A stretch of DNA of 64,000 bases. It comes from Pecten maximus. Lineage: Eukaryota. Positions 37,486 to 50,289 of the stretch are shown here, one piece after another. Each line of letters starts with the position of its first letter. Position 1 is the stretch's first letter. The position numbers were made by a program, and so were the translations under genes. The DNA lies in the NCBI RefSeq assembly GCF_902652985.1, contig NC_047020.1, forward strand, positions 5,456,001 through 5,520,000. The letters run 5' to 3'. The notes beneath the pieces were generated by a model, which was not told the origin of the DNA, did no database searches, and saw only the letters and a program-made list of their open reading frames with translations.

Positions 37486-40400
37486 TAGGGATGTTTGTGT
37501 AGGAGAAGGTATTCGAGGAGATGTAATGATAAACAGTTCAGTTATAGTGATGTTCGTGTAGTAGGAGGTATTTCGAGGAGATGTAATGATAAACAGTTCA
37601 GTTATAGGGATGTCCGTGTAGTAGGAGGTATTTGAGGAGATGTAATATGATAAACAGTTCAGTTATAGGGATGTTCGTGTAGGAGGAGGTATTCGAGGAG
37701 ATGTAATGATAAACAGTTCAGTTATAGGGATGTTTGTGTAGGAGGAGGTATTTGAGGAGATATAATGATAAACAGTTCAGTTATAGGGATGTTTGTGTAG
37801 GAAGAGGTATTCGAGGAGATGTAATGATAAACAGTTCAGTTATAGGGATGTTTGTGTAGTAGGAGGTATTTGAGGAGATGTAATGATAAACAGTTCAGTT
37901 ATAGGGATGTTTGTGTAGGAGGTATTTGAGGAGATGTAATGATAAACAGTTCAGTTATAGGGATGTTTGTGTAGTTAGAGGTATTTGAGGAGATGTAATG
38001 ATAAACAGTTCAGTTATAGGGATGTTTGTGTAGTAGGAGGTATTTGAGGAGATGTAATGATAAACAGTTCAGTTATAGGGATGTTTGTGTAGGAGGAGGT
38101 ATTTGAGGAGATGTAATGATAAACAGTTCAGTTATAGGGATGTTTGTGTAGGAGGTATTTGAGGAGATGTAATGATAAACAGTTCAGTTATAGGGATGTT
38201 TGTGTAGGAGGAGGTATTCGAGGAGATGTAATGATAAACAGTTCAGTTATAGGGATGTTTGTGTAGTAGGAGGTATTCGAGGAGATGTAATGATAAACAG
38301 TTCAGTTATAGGGATGTTTGTGTAGTAGGAGGTATTTGAGGAGATGTAATGATAAACAGTTCAGTTATAGGGATGTTTGTGTAGTAGGAGGTATTCGAGG
38401 AGATGTAATGATAAACAGTTCAGTTATAGGGATGTTTGTGTAGGAGGAGGTATTCGAGGAGATGTAATGATAAACAGTTCAGTTATAGGGATGTTTGTGT
38501 AGGAGGAGGTATTTCGAGGAGATGTAATGATAAACAGTTCAGTTATAGGGATGTTTGTGTAGGAGGAGGTATTCGAGGAGATGTAATGATAAACAGTTCA
38601 GTTATAGGGATGTTTGTGTAGTAGGAGGTATTCGAGGAGATGTAATGATAAACAGTTCAGTTATAGGGATGTTTGTGTAGTAGGAGGTATTCGAGGAGAT
38701 GTAATGATAAACAGTTCAGTTATAGGGATGTTTGTGTAGGAGGAGGTATTTCCAGGAGATGTAATGATAAACAGTTCAGTTATAGGGATGTTTGTGTAGT
38801 AGGAGGTATTTGAGGAGATGTAATGATAAACAGTTCAGTTATAGGGATGTTTGTGTAGGAGGAGGTATTTGAGGAGATGTAATGATAAACAGTTCAGTTA
38901 TAGGGATGTTTGTGTAGGAGGGGTATTTGAGAGATGTAATGATAAACAGTTCAGTTATAGGGATGTTGTGTAGTAGGAGGTATTCGAGGAGATGTAATGA
39001 TAAACAGTTCAGTTATAGGGATGTTTGTGTAGTAGGAGGTATTTGAGGAGATGTAATGATAAACAGTTCAGTTATAGGGATGTTTGTGTAGCAGGAGGTA
39101 TTCGAGGAGATGTGATGATAAACAGTTCAGTTATAGGGATGTTTGTGTAGTAGGAGGTATTTCGAGGAGATGTAATGATAAACAGTTCAGTTCTAGGGAT
39201 GTTTTGTGTAGTAGGAGGTATTCGAGGAGATGTAATGATAAACAGTTCAGTTTTGGGGAGTTTGTTTTAAAAAGGGGGGTTTTAAGGAGTGTTGAAAAAA
39301 AGGGCAAAATTTTTGGGAGGGGGAGAAATTAAAAATTTATAAAGTTGTTGGGGATTTTTTTTGGGGAAAAAGAAAAATTTTAAAAAATTTGTTAGGGGTT
39401 TGGGGGAGGGGATTAAAGTAATAAAAAGTTGTTGGGTTTTTTTTTTGGGGGTTTTTTGGGGGTTTGGGTCCTTTTTTTTGGGAAATTTTTGTGGGGGGAT
39501 TGAGGAGATGTAATAAAAACTCTTATGGGTTTTTTTTAGAGGGGTTTGAGGAGATTTAAATGAAAAATTATTATAGGGGTTTGTTGAGGGGTTTTGAGGA
39601 GTTAATGATAAACATTCAGAAAGGGGTTTTTTAGTGGGAGGGGGGAGAATGGAAAAAATTTTTATGGGATGTTTGTGTGGAGGAGGATTCAAGATTTTAA
39701 AAAAAATTTAAAGGTTTTTGGTAGGGGAGTATTGAGGGATGTAATGATAAACAGTTCAGTTATAGGGATGTTTGTGTAGTAGGAGGTATTTGAGGAGATG
39801 TAATGATAAACAGTTCAGTTATAGGGATGTTTGTGTAGGAGGAGGTATTTGAGGAGATATAATGATAAACAGTTCAGTTATAGGGATGTTTGTGTAGTAG
39901 GAGGTATTTGAGGAGATATAATGATAAACAGTTCAGTTATAGGGATGTTTGTGTAGGAGGAGGTATTCGAGGAGATGTAATGATAAACAGTTCAGTTATA
40001 GGGATGTTTGTGTAGTAGGAGGTATTTGAGGAGATGTAATATGATAAACAGTTCAGTTATAGGGATGTTTGTGTAGTAGGAGGTATTTGAGGAGATGTAA
40101 TATGATAAACAGTTCAGTTATAGGGATGTTTGTGTAGGAGGAGGTATTCGAGGAGATGTAATGATAAACAGTTCAGTTATAGGGATGTTTGTGTAGTAGG
40201 AGGTATTTGAGATGTAATATGATAAACAGTTCAGTTATAGGGATGTTTGTGTAGGAGGAGGTATTCGAGGAGATGTGATGATAAACAGTTCAGTTATAGG
40301 GATGTTTGTGTAGGAGGAGGTATTCGAGGAGATGTAATGATAAACAGTTCAGTTATAAGGATGTTTGTGTAGGAGGAGGTATTCGAGGAGATGTAATGAT

Positions 40401-41272
40401 AAACAGTTCAGTTATAGGGATGTTTGTGTAGGAGGTATTCAAGGAGATGTAATGATAAACAGTTCAGTTATAGGGATGTTTGTGTAGGAGGAGGTATTCG
40501 AGGAGATGTAATGATAAACAGTTCAGTTATAGGGATGTTTGTGTAGGAGGAGGTATTTGAGGAGATGTAATGATAAACAGTTCAGTTATAGGGATGTTTG
40601 TGTAGGAGGAGGTATTCGAGGAGATGTAACGATAAACAGTTCAGTTATAGGGATGTTTGTGTAGTAGGAGGTATTCGAGGAGATGTAATGATAAACAGTT
40701 CAGTTATAGGGATGTTTGTGTAGGAGGAGGTATTCGAGGAGATGTAATGATAAACAGTTCAGTTATAGGGATGTTTGTGTAGGAGGAGGTATTTGAGGAG
40801 ATGTAATGATAAACAGTTCAGTTATAGGGATGTTTGTGTAGGAGGAGGTATTCGAGGAGATGTAATGATAAACAGTTCAGTTATAGGGATGTTTGTGTAG
40901 GAGGAGGTATTTGAGGAGATGTAATGATAAACAGTTCAGTTATAGGGATGTTTGTGTAGGAGGAGGTATTCGAGGAGATGTAATGATAAACAGTTCAGTT
41001 ATAGGGATGTTCGTGTAGGAGGAGGTATTCGAGGAGATGTAATGATAAACAGTTCAGTTATAGGGATGTTTGTGTAGGAGGAGGTATTCGAGGAGATGTA
41101 ATGATAAACAGTTCAGTTATAGGGATGTTCGTGTAGGAGGAGGTATTCAAGGAGATGTAATGATAAACAGTTCAGTTATAGGGATGTTTGTGTAGGAGGA
41201 GGTATTTGCGGAGATGTAATGATAAACAGTTCAGTTATAGGGATGTTTGTGTAGGAGGAGGTATTCGAGGAG
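37486..41272. repeat. 59-bp intronic minisatellite, about 60 copies
   Basis: gataaacagttcagttatagggatgtttgtgtaggaggaggtattcgaggagatgtaat repeated; garbled at ~39250-39740. Confidence 0.97.
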
Positions 41273-42661
41273 ACTCTGATACATGATTCTTGTCTATCAT
41301 TCCAGTCATAAGACGCTGATACATGTACAAGAAAGAAAATAGAAGTGAACTTGATGGAGTTCCCAACAAATATCACCAGTATGATAAAATGTGATAAAGT
41401 GTTCAGATCTGTCCATGATGATAATGCATGGCAAGGTTAATATAACTTGAGGCACACTTCATTGGTTAAAGTTTACCCAAACAGATATTTAACTTAAAGG
41501 TATATGGTCATTATAATTAACAAATAGCACAGGTAAGTGCACAGGTTTGACCTCAGTTTTTTTTTACAAAAAAAAAAAGAAAAAAAAAAGAAGAAAAACA
41601 AACCCACTTAAAAACTGTATATCAGATATTTGGATATAAACTCTAAACGATTTTAAGTAGTCTGCATATACTTCTTTGCTGTATGTGTTCTTGTTGGTTT
41701 GATCCCAGTTGATCCAGGAAACACTTCAAGTAATAATAATTATTCAAGTATCCAATTCCTGATATTACAGAAATACCCTTTAAATTACAGCTCAGGTCAG
41801 GACACTAGGAAGTAGAATTTTAACTCCAGGAAAATCATAGAGTTTACATGTACCCATGGCCTGACCATGGACAATATCTTCAGTCCAGTCTGTACAATGA
41901 TACTAGTTAATTAAAACTTTTTTCTGCACCTTCCTAGAGAGAGAGGGAGGCTGATAAACCCACATGTGTATCACGTCAGAATCATATACATTGTATAAAG
42001 CTTTGACAACTACATTGCATGGCTGTGATCTAGACAGCAACAATGCATCCTACATGATATTACCACTACACCTAATTTTGAGGGAATACTCTATTTCTAC
42101 TCATTCCACATAATATCTTTTTAATTTACTTTTATATAATTGTTCAAATGTAAAGCAGTTTACTGTCAAATATCAGTACTTTAGATTTTGTTGTACATCA
42201 ACAATGAAATTTGTTAACATTGCCATTTCTTAAATTCTGAATTATATTGGTTCTAATAAATTATATTTGTCAATGTTATCTATTGTCATGTTTTCTCTAA
42301 TAGAAAACACTTATGTTAATAATAATCATCTGAAGATATAAGAATTTATTATGCAAATAAAGCATGCATCTCAGTGGGGATGTTTGTTAACATTATTTGC
42401 ATGATAAACAATGTATGGCCATAGGTGCAAGGTTAAATGAAGGTTAATTTAACAAAAGGTGTCAGAATTTTAACCCAAGATAGTGTACCAGGACATTTTG
42501 AAAGAGAGGCATTTCTAAACAACAAATTAAGTCAGAAAAACTCTAAAATGCCCACACTGAAACGTGAACATTTTAAACCTAAATGTTTCATGGTAGTCCA
42601 TTATGAAATATTGACTGGCTGGGAGGGTGGAGGACAGTAAGACAATATGTATAGCCCATAC

Positions 42662-42840
42662 CTGTGAAGGGGAGGAATACAGTCTGCAGTCTTGAGAACT
42701 CCTCGGGTGGACACCACATTGGAACTTTCTGTGCAGTCACACTTGATGTGGAGACATCGGTCAGCATTTCTATTTTCCACCACAAAAAAGCCACCAGACC
42801 ATCCATGCATGAGTGAGTAAACTGTTACTGTGTCTCTTAC
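42662..42840 (-). CDS. CAPN15: Calpain-15 exon (VRDTVTVYSLMHGWSGGFFVVENR...NVVSTRG...PPLHR)
   Basis: Acceptor ccacag| and donor AG|gtatgg; 179 nt fits phases 0 to 2. SOL-homology domain motifs. Confidence 0.88.
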
Positions 42841-43085
42841 CTGTGGTGTACAAACAGGAGAAACACATGGCTAGTACGATATAACTCGCTTCTGTGATAT
42901 TACATCTAGGATCTGGGATGGTTGCCTTCATCTGTGTTATTGTATAATTATGTATTTGCTTCTGTGTAATATACCAACTCCAGTAATAATGTGATCAGAT
43001 TGTCTATGTTTATACTTATGTCCTCTGTCTGATATCAACATGGATTATATTCACCTACTCAAGTTTAGTACTCTGTACTCACACT

Positions 43086-45962
43086 CTACCATTTAACACA
43101 GTACTCACCAACTCCCATTTACTCACCCCAAACCACTGTACTCACCAACTCCTGTTTACTCACCCCAAACTACTGTACTCACCAACTCCCATTTACTTAC
43201 CCCAAACTACTGTACTCACCAACTCCTGTTTACTCACCCCAAACCAATGTACTCACCAACTCCCATTTACTCACCCCAAACCACTGTACTCACCAACTCC
43301 TGTTTACTCACCCCAAACCACTGTACTCACCAACTCCCATTTACTTACCCCAAACTACTATACTCACCAAATCCCATTTACTCACCCCAAACCACTGTAC
43401 TCACCAACTACCATTTACTCACCCCAAACCACTGTACTCACCAACTCCTGTTTACTCACCCCAAACCACTGTACTCACCAACTCCCATTTACTTACCCCA
43501 AACTACTATACTCACCAACTCCCATTTACTCACCCCAAACCACTGTACTCACCAACTACCATTTACTCACCCCAAACCAATGTACTCACCAACTCCCTTT
43601 ACTCACCCCAAACTACTGTACTCACCAACTCCCTTTACTCACCCCAAACTACTGTACTCACCAACTCCTGTTTACTCACCCCAAACCACTGTACTCACCA
43701 ACTCCTGTTTACTCACCCCAAACCACTGTACTCACCAACTCCCATCTACTCACCCCAAACCACTGTACTCACCAACTTCTGTTAACTCACCCCAAACCAC
43801 TGTACTCACCCCAAACTACTGTACTCACCAACTCCTGTTAACTTACCCCAAACCACTGTACTCACCAACTCCCATGTACTCACCCCAAACTACTGTACTC
43901 ACCAACTCCTTTAACTCACCCCAAACCACTGTACTCACCAACTCCCATACCACCCAAACTACTGTACCACACTCCTTACTCACCAACTACTGTACTCACC
44001 AACTCCTGTTAACTTACCCCAAACCACTGTACTCACCAACTTCTGTTACTCACCCCAAACCACTAACTCCCATTTACTCACCCCAAACTACTGTACTCAC
44101 CAACTCCTGTTTACTCACCCCCAACCACTGAACACACCAACTCCCATTTACTCACCCCAAACCACTGTACTCACCAACTCCCATTTACTCACCCCAAACC
44201 ACTGTACTCACCAACTCCCATTTACTCACCCCAAACCACTGTACTCACCAACTCCCATTTACTCACCCCAAACCACTGTACTCACCAACTCCATTTACTC
44301 ACCCCAAACTACTGTACTCACCAACTCCATTTACTCACCCCAAACTACTGTACTCACCAACTCCCATTTACTCACCCCAAACCACTGTACTCACCAACTC
44401 CCATTTACTCACCCCAAACCACTGTACTCACCAACTCCCCTTTACTCACCCCAAACCACTGTACTCACCAACTCCCATGTTACTCACCCCAAACCACTGT
44501 ACTCACCAACTCCTGTTTACTCACCCCAAACCACTGTACTCACCAACTCCCATTTACTCACCCCAAACCACTGTACTCACCAACTCCTGTTTACTCACCC
44601 CAAACCACTGTACTCACCAACTCCCATTTACTCACCCCAAACCACTGTACTCACCAACTCCTGTTAACTCACCCCAAACCACTGTACTCACCAACTCCCA
44701 TTTACTCACCCCAAACCACTGTACTCACCAACTCCCATTTACTCACCCCAAACCACTGTACTCACCAACTCCCATTTACTCACCCCAAACTACTGTACTC
44801 ACCAACTCCCATTTACTCACCCAAAACCACTGTACTCACCAACTACCATTTACTCACCCCAAACCACTGTACTCACCAACTCCTGTTAACTCACCCCAAA
44901 CTACTGTACTCACCAACTCCTGTTTACTCACCCCAAACTACTGTACTCACCAACTCCTGTTTACTCACCCCAAACCACAGTACTCACCAACTCCTGTTTA
45001 CTCACCCCAAACTACTGTACTCACCAACTCCTGTTTACTCACCCCAAACCACTGTACTCACCAACTCCTGTTTACTCACCCCAAACCACTGAACACACCA
45101 ACTCCCATTTACTCACCCCAAACCACTGTACTCACCAACTCCTGTTTACTCACCCCAAACTACTGTACTCACCAACTCCTGTTTACTCACCCCCAACCAC
45201 TGAACACACCAACTCCCATTTACTCACCCCAAACCACTGTACTCACCAACTCCTGTTAACTCACCCCAAACTACTGTACTCACCAACTCCCATTTACTCA
45301 CCCCAAACCACTGTACTCACCAACTCCTGTTTACTCACCCCAAACCACTGTACTCAACAACTCCTGTTTACTTACCCCAAACCACTGTACTCACCCCAAA
45401 CCATTGTACTCACCAACTCCTGTTAACTCACCCCAAACCACTGTACTCACTAACTCCTGTTTACTCACCCAAAACCACAGTACTCACCAACTCCCTTTAC
45501 TCACCCCCAACCACTGAACACACCAACTCCCATCTACTCACCCCAAACTACTGTACTCACCAACTCCTGTTTACTCACCCCAAACCACTGTACTCACCAA
45601 CTCCCTTTACTCACCCAAAACCACTGTACTTAACAACTCCCTTTACTGACCCCAAACTACTGTACTCACCAACTCCTGTTTACTCACCCCAAACCACTAT
45701 ACTCACCAACTCCCATCTATTCACCCCAAACCACTGTACTCACCAACTCCTGTTTACTCACCCCAAACCACTGTACTCACCATCTCCCATTTACTCACCC
45801 CAAACCACTGTACTCACCATCTCCCATCTACTCACCCCAAACCACTGTACTCACCAACTCTCATTTACTCACCCCAAACTACTGTACTCACCAACTCCTG
45901 TTTACTCACCCCAAACCAATGTACTCACCAACTCCCATTTACTCACCCCAAACCACTGTACT
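43086..45962. repeat. 37-bp intronic minisatellite, about 78 copies, two GTGAGTA motifs per unit on the sense strand
   Basis: tactcaccaactcccatttactcaccccaaaccactg repeated. Confidence 0.97.
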
Positions 45963-46240
45963 AGCCCGTTTTCGTTTTCCCTTATACATTGCCAGCTCCA
46001 TTACAGCATTGGCTAGTGCATACTGTGTACTCACCCCCTCCCGTTTTCCCTGATACATTGTACATTGCCAGCTCCATTACAGCATTGGCTAGTGCGTACT
46101 CTGTACTCACCCCCTCTCGTTTTCCCTTATACATGGCCAGTTCCATTACAGCATTGGCTAGTGCATACTCTGTACTCACCCCCTCTCGTTTTCCCTTAGC
46201 CATGGCCAGTTCCATTACAGCATTGGCTAGTGCGTACTGG
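45963..46240 (-). repeat. ~69-bp tandem duplication of the exon 3' end plus donor site
   Basis: YALANAVMELAM..GKREG|gtgagtac recurs, with GT donors at 46179, 46110 and 46034. Confidence 0.92.
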
Positions 46241-46334
46241 TACTTGGGATGACTTGTGTCCATTTCCTCCACCATTAGTGCCTTAGAGCTATGAACTGTC
46301 AACACGAATTCATGTTTCATCACTGGCTTTGTAC
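46180..46334 (-). CDS. CAPN15: Calpain-15 exon (TKPVMKHEFVLTVHSSKALMVEE...AKGKREG)
   Basis: ttttcag| and GGG|gtgagt; HSSK..MVE motif; phases consistent with neighbours. Confidence 0.88.
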
Positions 46335-46513
46335 CTGAAAAATAACAATTTCTATATTAGTACATAAACATGTAATATTATAAAGCTTATTGCATTTTAT
46401 TCCTTCAGAATTCTTTTGAGTGTACATCTGATGTACAAAGAAATATAGGTTCGAGCCAGTGAGATGGCAGTGCACTGTGTTAAAATGAATATATATAATC
46501 AATGCTGACTTAC

Positions 46514-46710
46514 TGAGTGTCCATAGATTGAAGGCTAGTGGAATGATAATGTATTCCCCTGGTTCCAGCATCTTACTGCAGCCAACAAAGCTTCGGATCT
46601 GTCGCTGGCTGCTCTCCACCAGGGGGCCAAATGCCTGGATGTTGTTTGTGGAGTCCCGCAATATCAGCACACACAGGTCAGATGGGTTCTTACTCTCTGT
46701 CTTAGTACTC
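46514..46710 (-). CDS. CAPN15: Calpain-15 exon (STKTESKNPSDLCVLILR...FVGCSKMLEPGEYIIIPLAFNLW)
   Basis: ccctgcag| and A|gtaagt; DLC.L and MLEPGEY motifs. Confidence 0.88.
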
Positions 46711-47195
46711 CTGCAGGGCAAAGGTAAAAGGTCAACAAACATGAAAGGTCAACAAAATCCAGTCTTAGTACTCCTACAGGGCAAAGGTAAAAGGTCATCA
46801 AATATGAAAGGTCAACAAAATCCAGTCTTAGTACTCCTACAGGGCAAAGGTAAAAGGTCGAGAAATATGAAAGGTCAACAAAATCCAGTCTTAGTACTCC
46901 TACAGGGCAAAGGTAAAAGGTCAACAAATAAGAAAGGTCAACAAAATCCAGCCTTAGTACTCCTGCATGGCAAAGGTAAAAGGTCAACAAATATGAAAGG
47001 TCAACAAAATCCAGTCTTAGTACTCCTACAGGGCAAAGGTAAAAGGTCAACAAATATGAAAGGTCAAGAAATACCAGTCTTAGTACTCCTACAGGGTAAA
47101 GGTAAAAGGTCAACACATACCAGTCTTAGTACTCCTACAGGGTAAAGGTAAAAGGTCAACAAATACCAGTCTTAGTATTCCTACAGGGCAAAGGT
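46699..47195 (-). repeat. 63-bp tandem duplication of the acceptor site plus first exon bases
   Basis: ttgaccttttacctttgccctg[ct]ag|gagtactaagac present about 9 times including the real site. Confidence 0.92.
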
Positions 47196-47928
47196 GAATC
47201 TCAGTCCTACCTTCAACATCTTAATCAGTAGGCCTGACTATTTTGGGGATTCTTCACTATTGTAATACTCTTACTGTTGGGTAATAATAGAATATATCAT
47301 GGGTGTATTCCATGGACAGGGATATCTCAACCCAAGTGTAAGAGTTTGGCCAGTCAGCACAATGCTTGACAAGTACTTGCCAGCCAAACTCATTAGGGTT
47401 GAGATATGCAAGCAAATGTAAGTTTTAATGAAACTTCTTTATCATACATTTACAATGCTCCTTGGAATGTGCATCAAAACTGATGACATGGTTACTCAAC
47501 GTAACATGATGGCTTTACATTGTTGTGAGTAGTGCCATATAATGACTGCCAGCTGTCTTTATACACACTGTGTAATATTGATATTGATTTATCTAATCCC
47601 CATTTTCCGCTATTGTGATTGTTTAACTAGTGTGCCATACTATCTCGATAGTATTGCAATACTATGGCCAACTTAACTCACCTTAGCTTACATTGCATTT
47701 CATTATTTGAATCGAGACAGAAACAATCTGTAATCAATCTAAAGTTTGATCTATTGTTACACTTCTATATTTCAGTTTTTTTTATTTAGATTAAATCAAT
47801 TATCAGATTAAGTGGATCTACGAAATCAAAAATCAGTTTTCCACATACATTGTAAATGATGACTGATAGTAGAAGTACTATAGGGAATGTGTTGGTAAGT
47901 ATGACCTCATCATTTACTGACAACATAC

Positions 47929-48090
47929 CTCATTCCCTCCTGGAACAGACCAATCTCCACCTCAGAGGTATAAAACACTGTTAGTTTCACCATTTTAAAA
48001 GGCTCTCTGGCATTGGATGGTAAGGTCCCATTGATCCTTGTCTCCCTCCACTCAGGTCGCACCTTACAGATGTCAATGCTGTCAAAATAT
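47929..48090 (-). CDS. CAPN15: Calpain-15 exon (YFDSIDICKVRPEWRE...EIGLFQEGMR)
   Basis: ttttgtag| and AG|gtatgt; 162 nt. Confidence 0.9.
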
Positions 48091-48210
48091 CTACAAAAAC
48101 AAATTGTGTCCTTCATGAAGAGATGATCATCAGATTTTTAATCTATTCTAGTTGACTTTTTTTTAGCAAGAGCAGTATTTATATCAGAGTTCTAAACTGA
48201 GTTTCCTTAC

Positions 48211-48372
48211 ATCATGAGATCAGTGAGGGACATCCAGAATATGCCTGCTGTGTCACCATGCAGCATTAGATCCTCCTTGGCATGAGAGCTGATGGTATCC
48301 CAGCAGGGTGAGTTATCACACCAGTCACCTTTCCAGGAGAACCGCCCCCATGGATTCCTCAGTCGCAGTAGC
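48211..48372 (-). CDS. CAPN15: Calpain-15 exon with the catalytic Asn (LLRLRNPWGRFSWKGDW)
   Basis: ctccag| and AT|gtaagg; 162 nt; calpain RNPWG motif. Confidence 0.93.
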
Positions 48373-49019
48373 CTGGAGACAAACAGCAATATTGGGTTGC
48401 AATGATTTTTTACATGCTTTTTATGATAAAATCAGCTTTTTCTATTTCTTCATTTAATTATAATATTGATAAGGAATTGCAGTATATTTGCCTTATGCCT
48501 AGCACTGTCTTAAATCTGTACAAAAGCCAATTAAGATCTGTTTAGTCCATGATTTATCATCAAGGCTTATCCTTCATTCGCTCGTTCGAAGTTCAAATGA
48601 TGCTAAATTTCATCAAAATAAAGTTTGAAGTTTTTTCTATCAGATAAATATCATTGTTATTGTATAGGTTTAATGGTATATAAGGGCACATGGGTACTCG
48701 AAAGACAGTAACTCTGACATTTACAGTGCAATTAGAAACCCCCACCTGGGGAATTCTCACCTGTTTACACCTGGAATCCTACGTCATTCTAATTTCAGTA
48801 AGAGTGTATATTTTTGACCCTACTTTTTATTCTCGTATATAGAAAGTGCCCATTTCATATAATATTTTCTCAGGAAAACAGCTAGGAACCAAAGAAACAA
48901 ATTTTCTTAAGGGACTTGGTTCAGGTGAAACACCAGCTGATTGGCTGATTTAGTTGTGCACATTCTTTTAGCCTATATACCCACCCTTGATCTATAAATC
49001 TTTTGCTACCTGGAATCAG

Positions 49020-50042
49020 TACAAACTGAGTCACTACTGACCTATTTCTTCTGTCCTTGACCTACCAACATCGTGATACCTAGAAGCTGTACAAACTGAG
49101 TCACTACTGACCAATTTTCCTCTGTCCTTGACCTACCAACCTCGAGATACCTAGAAGCTGTTTAAACTGAGTCACTACTGACCTATTTCCCTCTGTCCTT
49201 GACCTACCAACCTCGAGATACCTAGAAGCTGTTTAAACTGAGTCACTACTGACCTATTTCCCTCTGTCCTTGACCTACCAACCTCGAGATACCTAGAAGC
49301 TGTTTAAACTGAGTCACTACTGACCTATTTCCCTCTGTCCTTGACCTACCAACCTCGTAATACCTAGAAGTTGTACAGTCCAGCTGTCACTACTGACCTA
49401 TTTCCCTCTGTCTTTGACCTACCAACCTCGAGATACCTAGAAGCTGTTTAAACTGAGTCACTACTGACCTATTTCCCTCTGTCTTTGACCTACCAACCTC
49501 GTGATACCTAGAAGCTGTTTAAACTGAGTCACTACTGACCTATTTCCCTCTGTCCTTGACCTACCAACCTCGAGATACCTAGAAGCTGTTTAAACTGAGT
49601 CACTACTGACCTATTTCCCTCTGTCCTTGACCTACCAACCTCGAGATACCTAGAAGCTGTACAAACTGAGTCACTACTGACCTATTTCCCTCTGTCCTTG
49701 ACCTACCAACCTCGTGATACCTAGAAGTTGTACAGTCCAGTTGTCACTACTGACCTATTTCCCTCTGTCCTTGACCTACCAACCTCGAGATACCTAGAAG
49801 CTGTACAAACTGAGTCACTACTGACCTATTTCCCTCTGTCCTTGACCTACCAACCTCGTGATACCTAGAAGCTGTACAGTCCAGCTGTCACTACTGACCT
49901 ATTTCCCTCTGTCTTTGACCTACCAACCTCGAGATACCTAGAAGCTGTTTAAACTGAGTCACTACTGACCTATTTCCTTCTGTCCTTGACCTACCAACCT
50001 CGTGATACATAGAAGCTGTACAGTCCAGCTGTCACTACTTAC
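49020..50042 (-). repeat. 71-bp tandem repeat (about 14 copies) derived from the exon end and donor
   Basis: Unit contains GTCAAGGACAGAGGGAAATAG|GTCAGTAGTGAC versus the real GTCAAGGATATAGACGGAAATAG|GTAAGTAGTGAC. Confidence 0.92.
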
Positions 50043-50167
50043 CTATTTCCGTCTATATCCTTGACATCAAGGATGGAGTAGGAGTGTCTCGGTCTCAGTC
50101 CCACAGCCTCATAACCATCCTCATCCACCTTCATGTTCCCCCTCCACAGGATCCACCCATGAGGAAC
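50043..50167 (-). CDS. CAPN15: Calpain-15 exon with the catalytic His ([15 protein letters not shown]...[13 protein letters not shown]); 1-nt frameshift as written
   Basis: attgcag| and AG|gtaagt. Length is 125 nt where the phases require 126; the G-run at 50138-50142 is one base short. Confidence 0.88.
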
Positions 50168-50289
50168 CTGCAATGACAAGGCCAATCATGTTTGTTAGAA
50201 ATATATTTCTTCAAGGATCTTTTATGTTCACTCATCAAAATAGAAGTATGTTATAACTTCAAAAGGGTGCTAAAATATTAGATTACAAC

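Noticed and set aside
39250-39740. Homopolymer-rich segment with a 136-aa ORF inside the 59-bp array
   Set aside because: It looks like a low-quality read of the same repeat; probable base-calling or assembly artefact.
37486-41272. CRISPR-like appearance of regular repeats
   Set aside because: No unique spacers, no cas genes, eukaryotic intron context.
43247-45259. 294-aa and 260-aa Pro/Thr-rich ORFs
   Set aside because: Translation of the 37-bp repeat cycling through frames, antisense within an intron.
46528-47145. 205-aa plus-strand ORF with 21-aa repeats
   Set aside because: Antisense reading of a CAPN15 exon and the 63-bp acceptor repeat.
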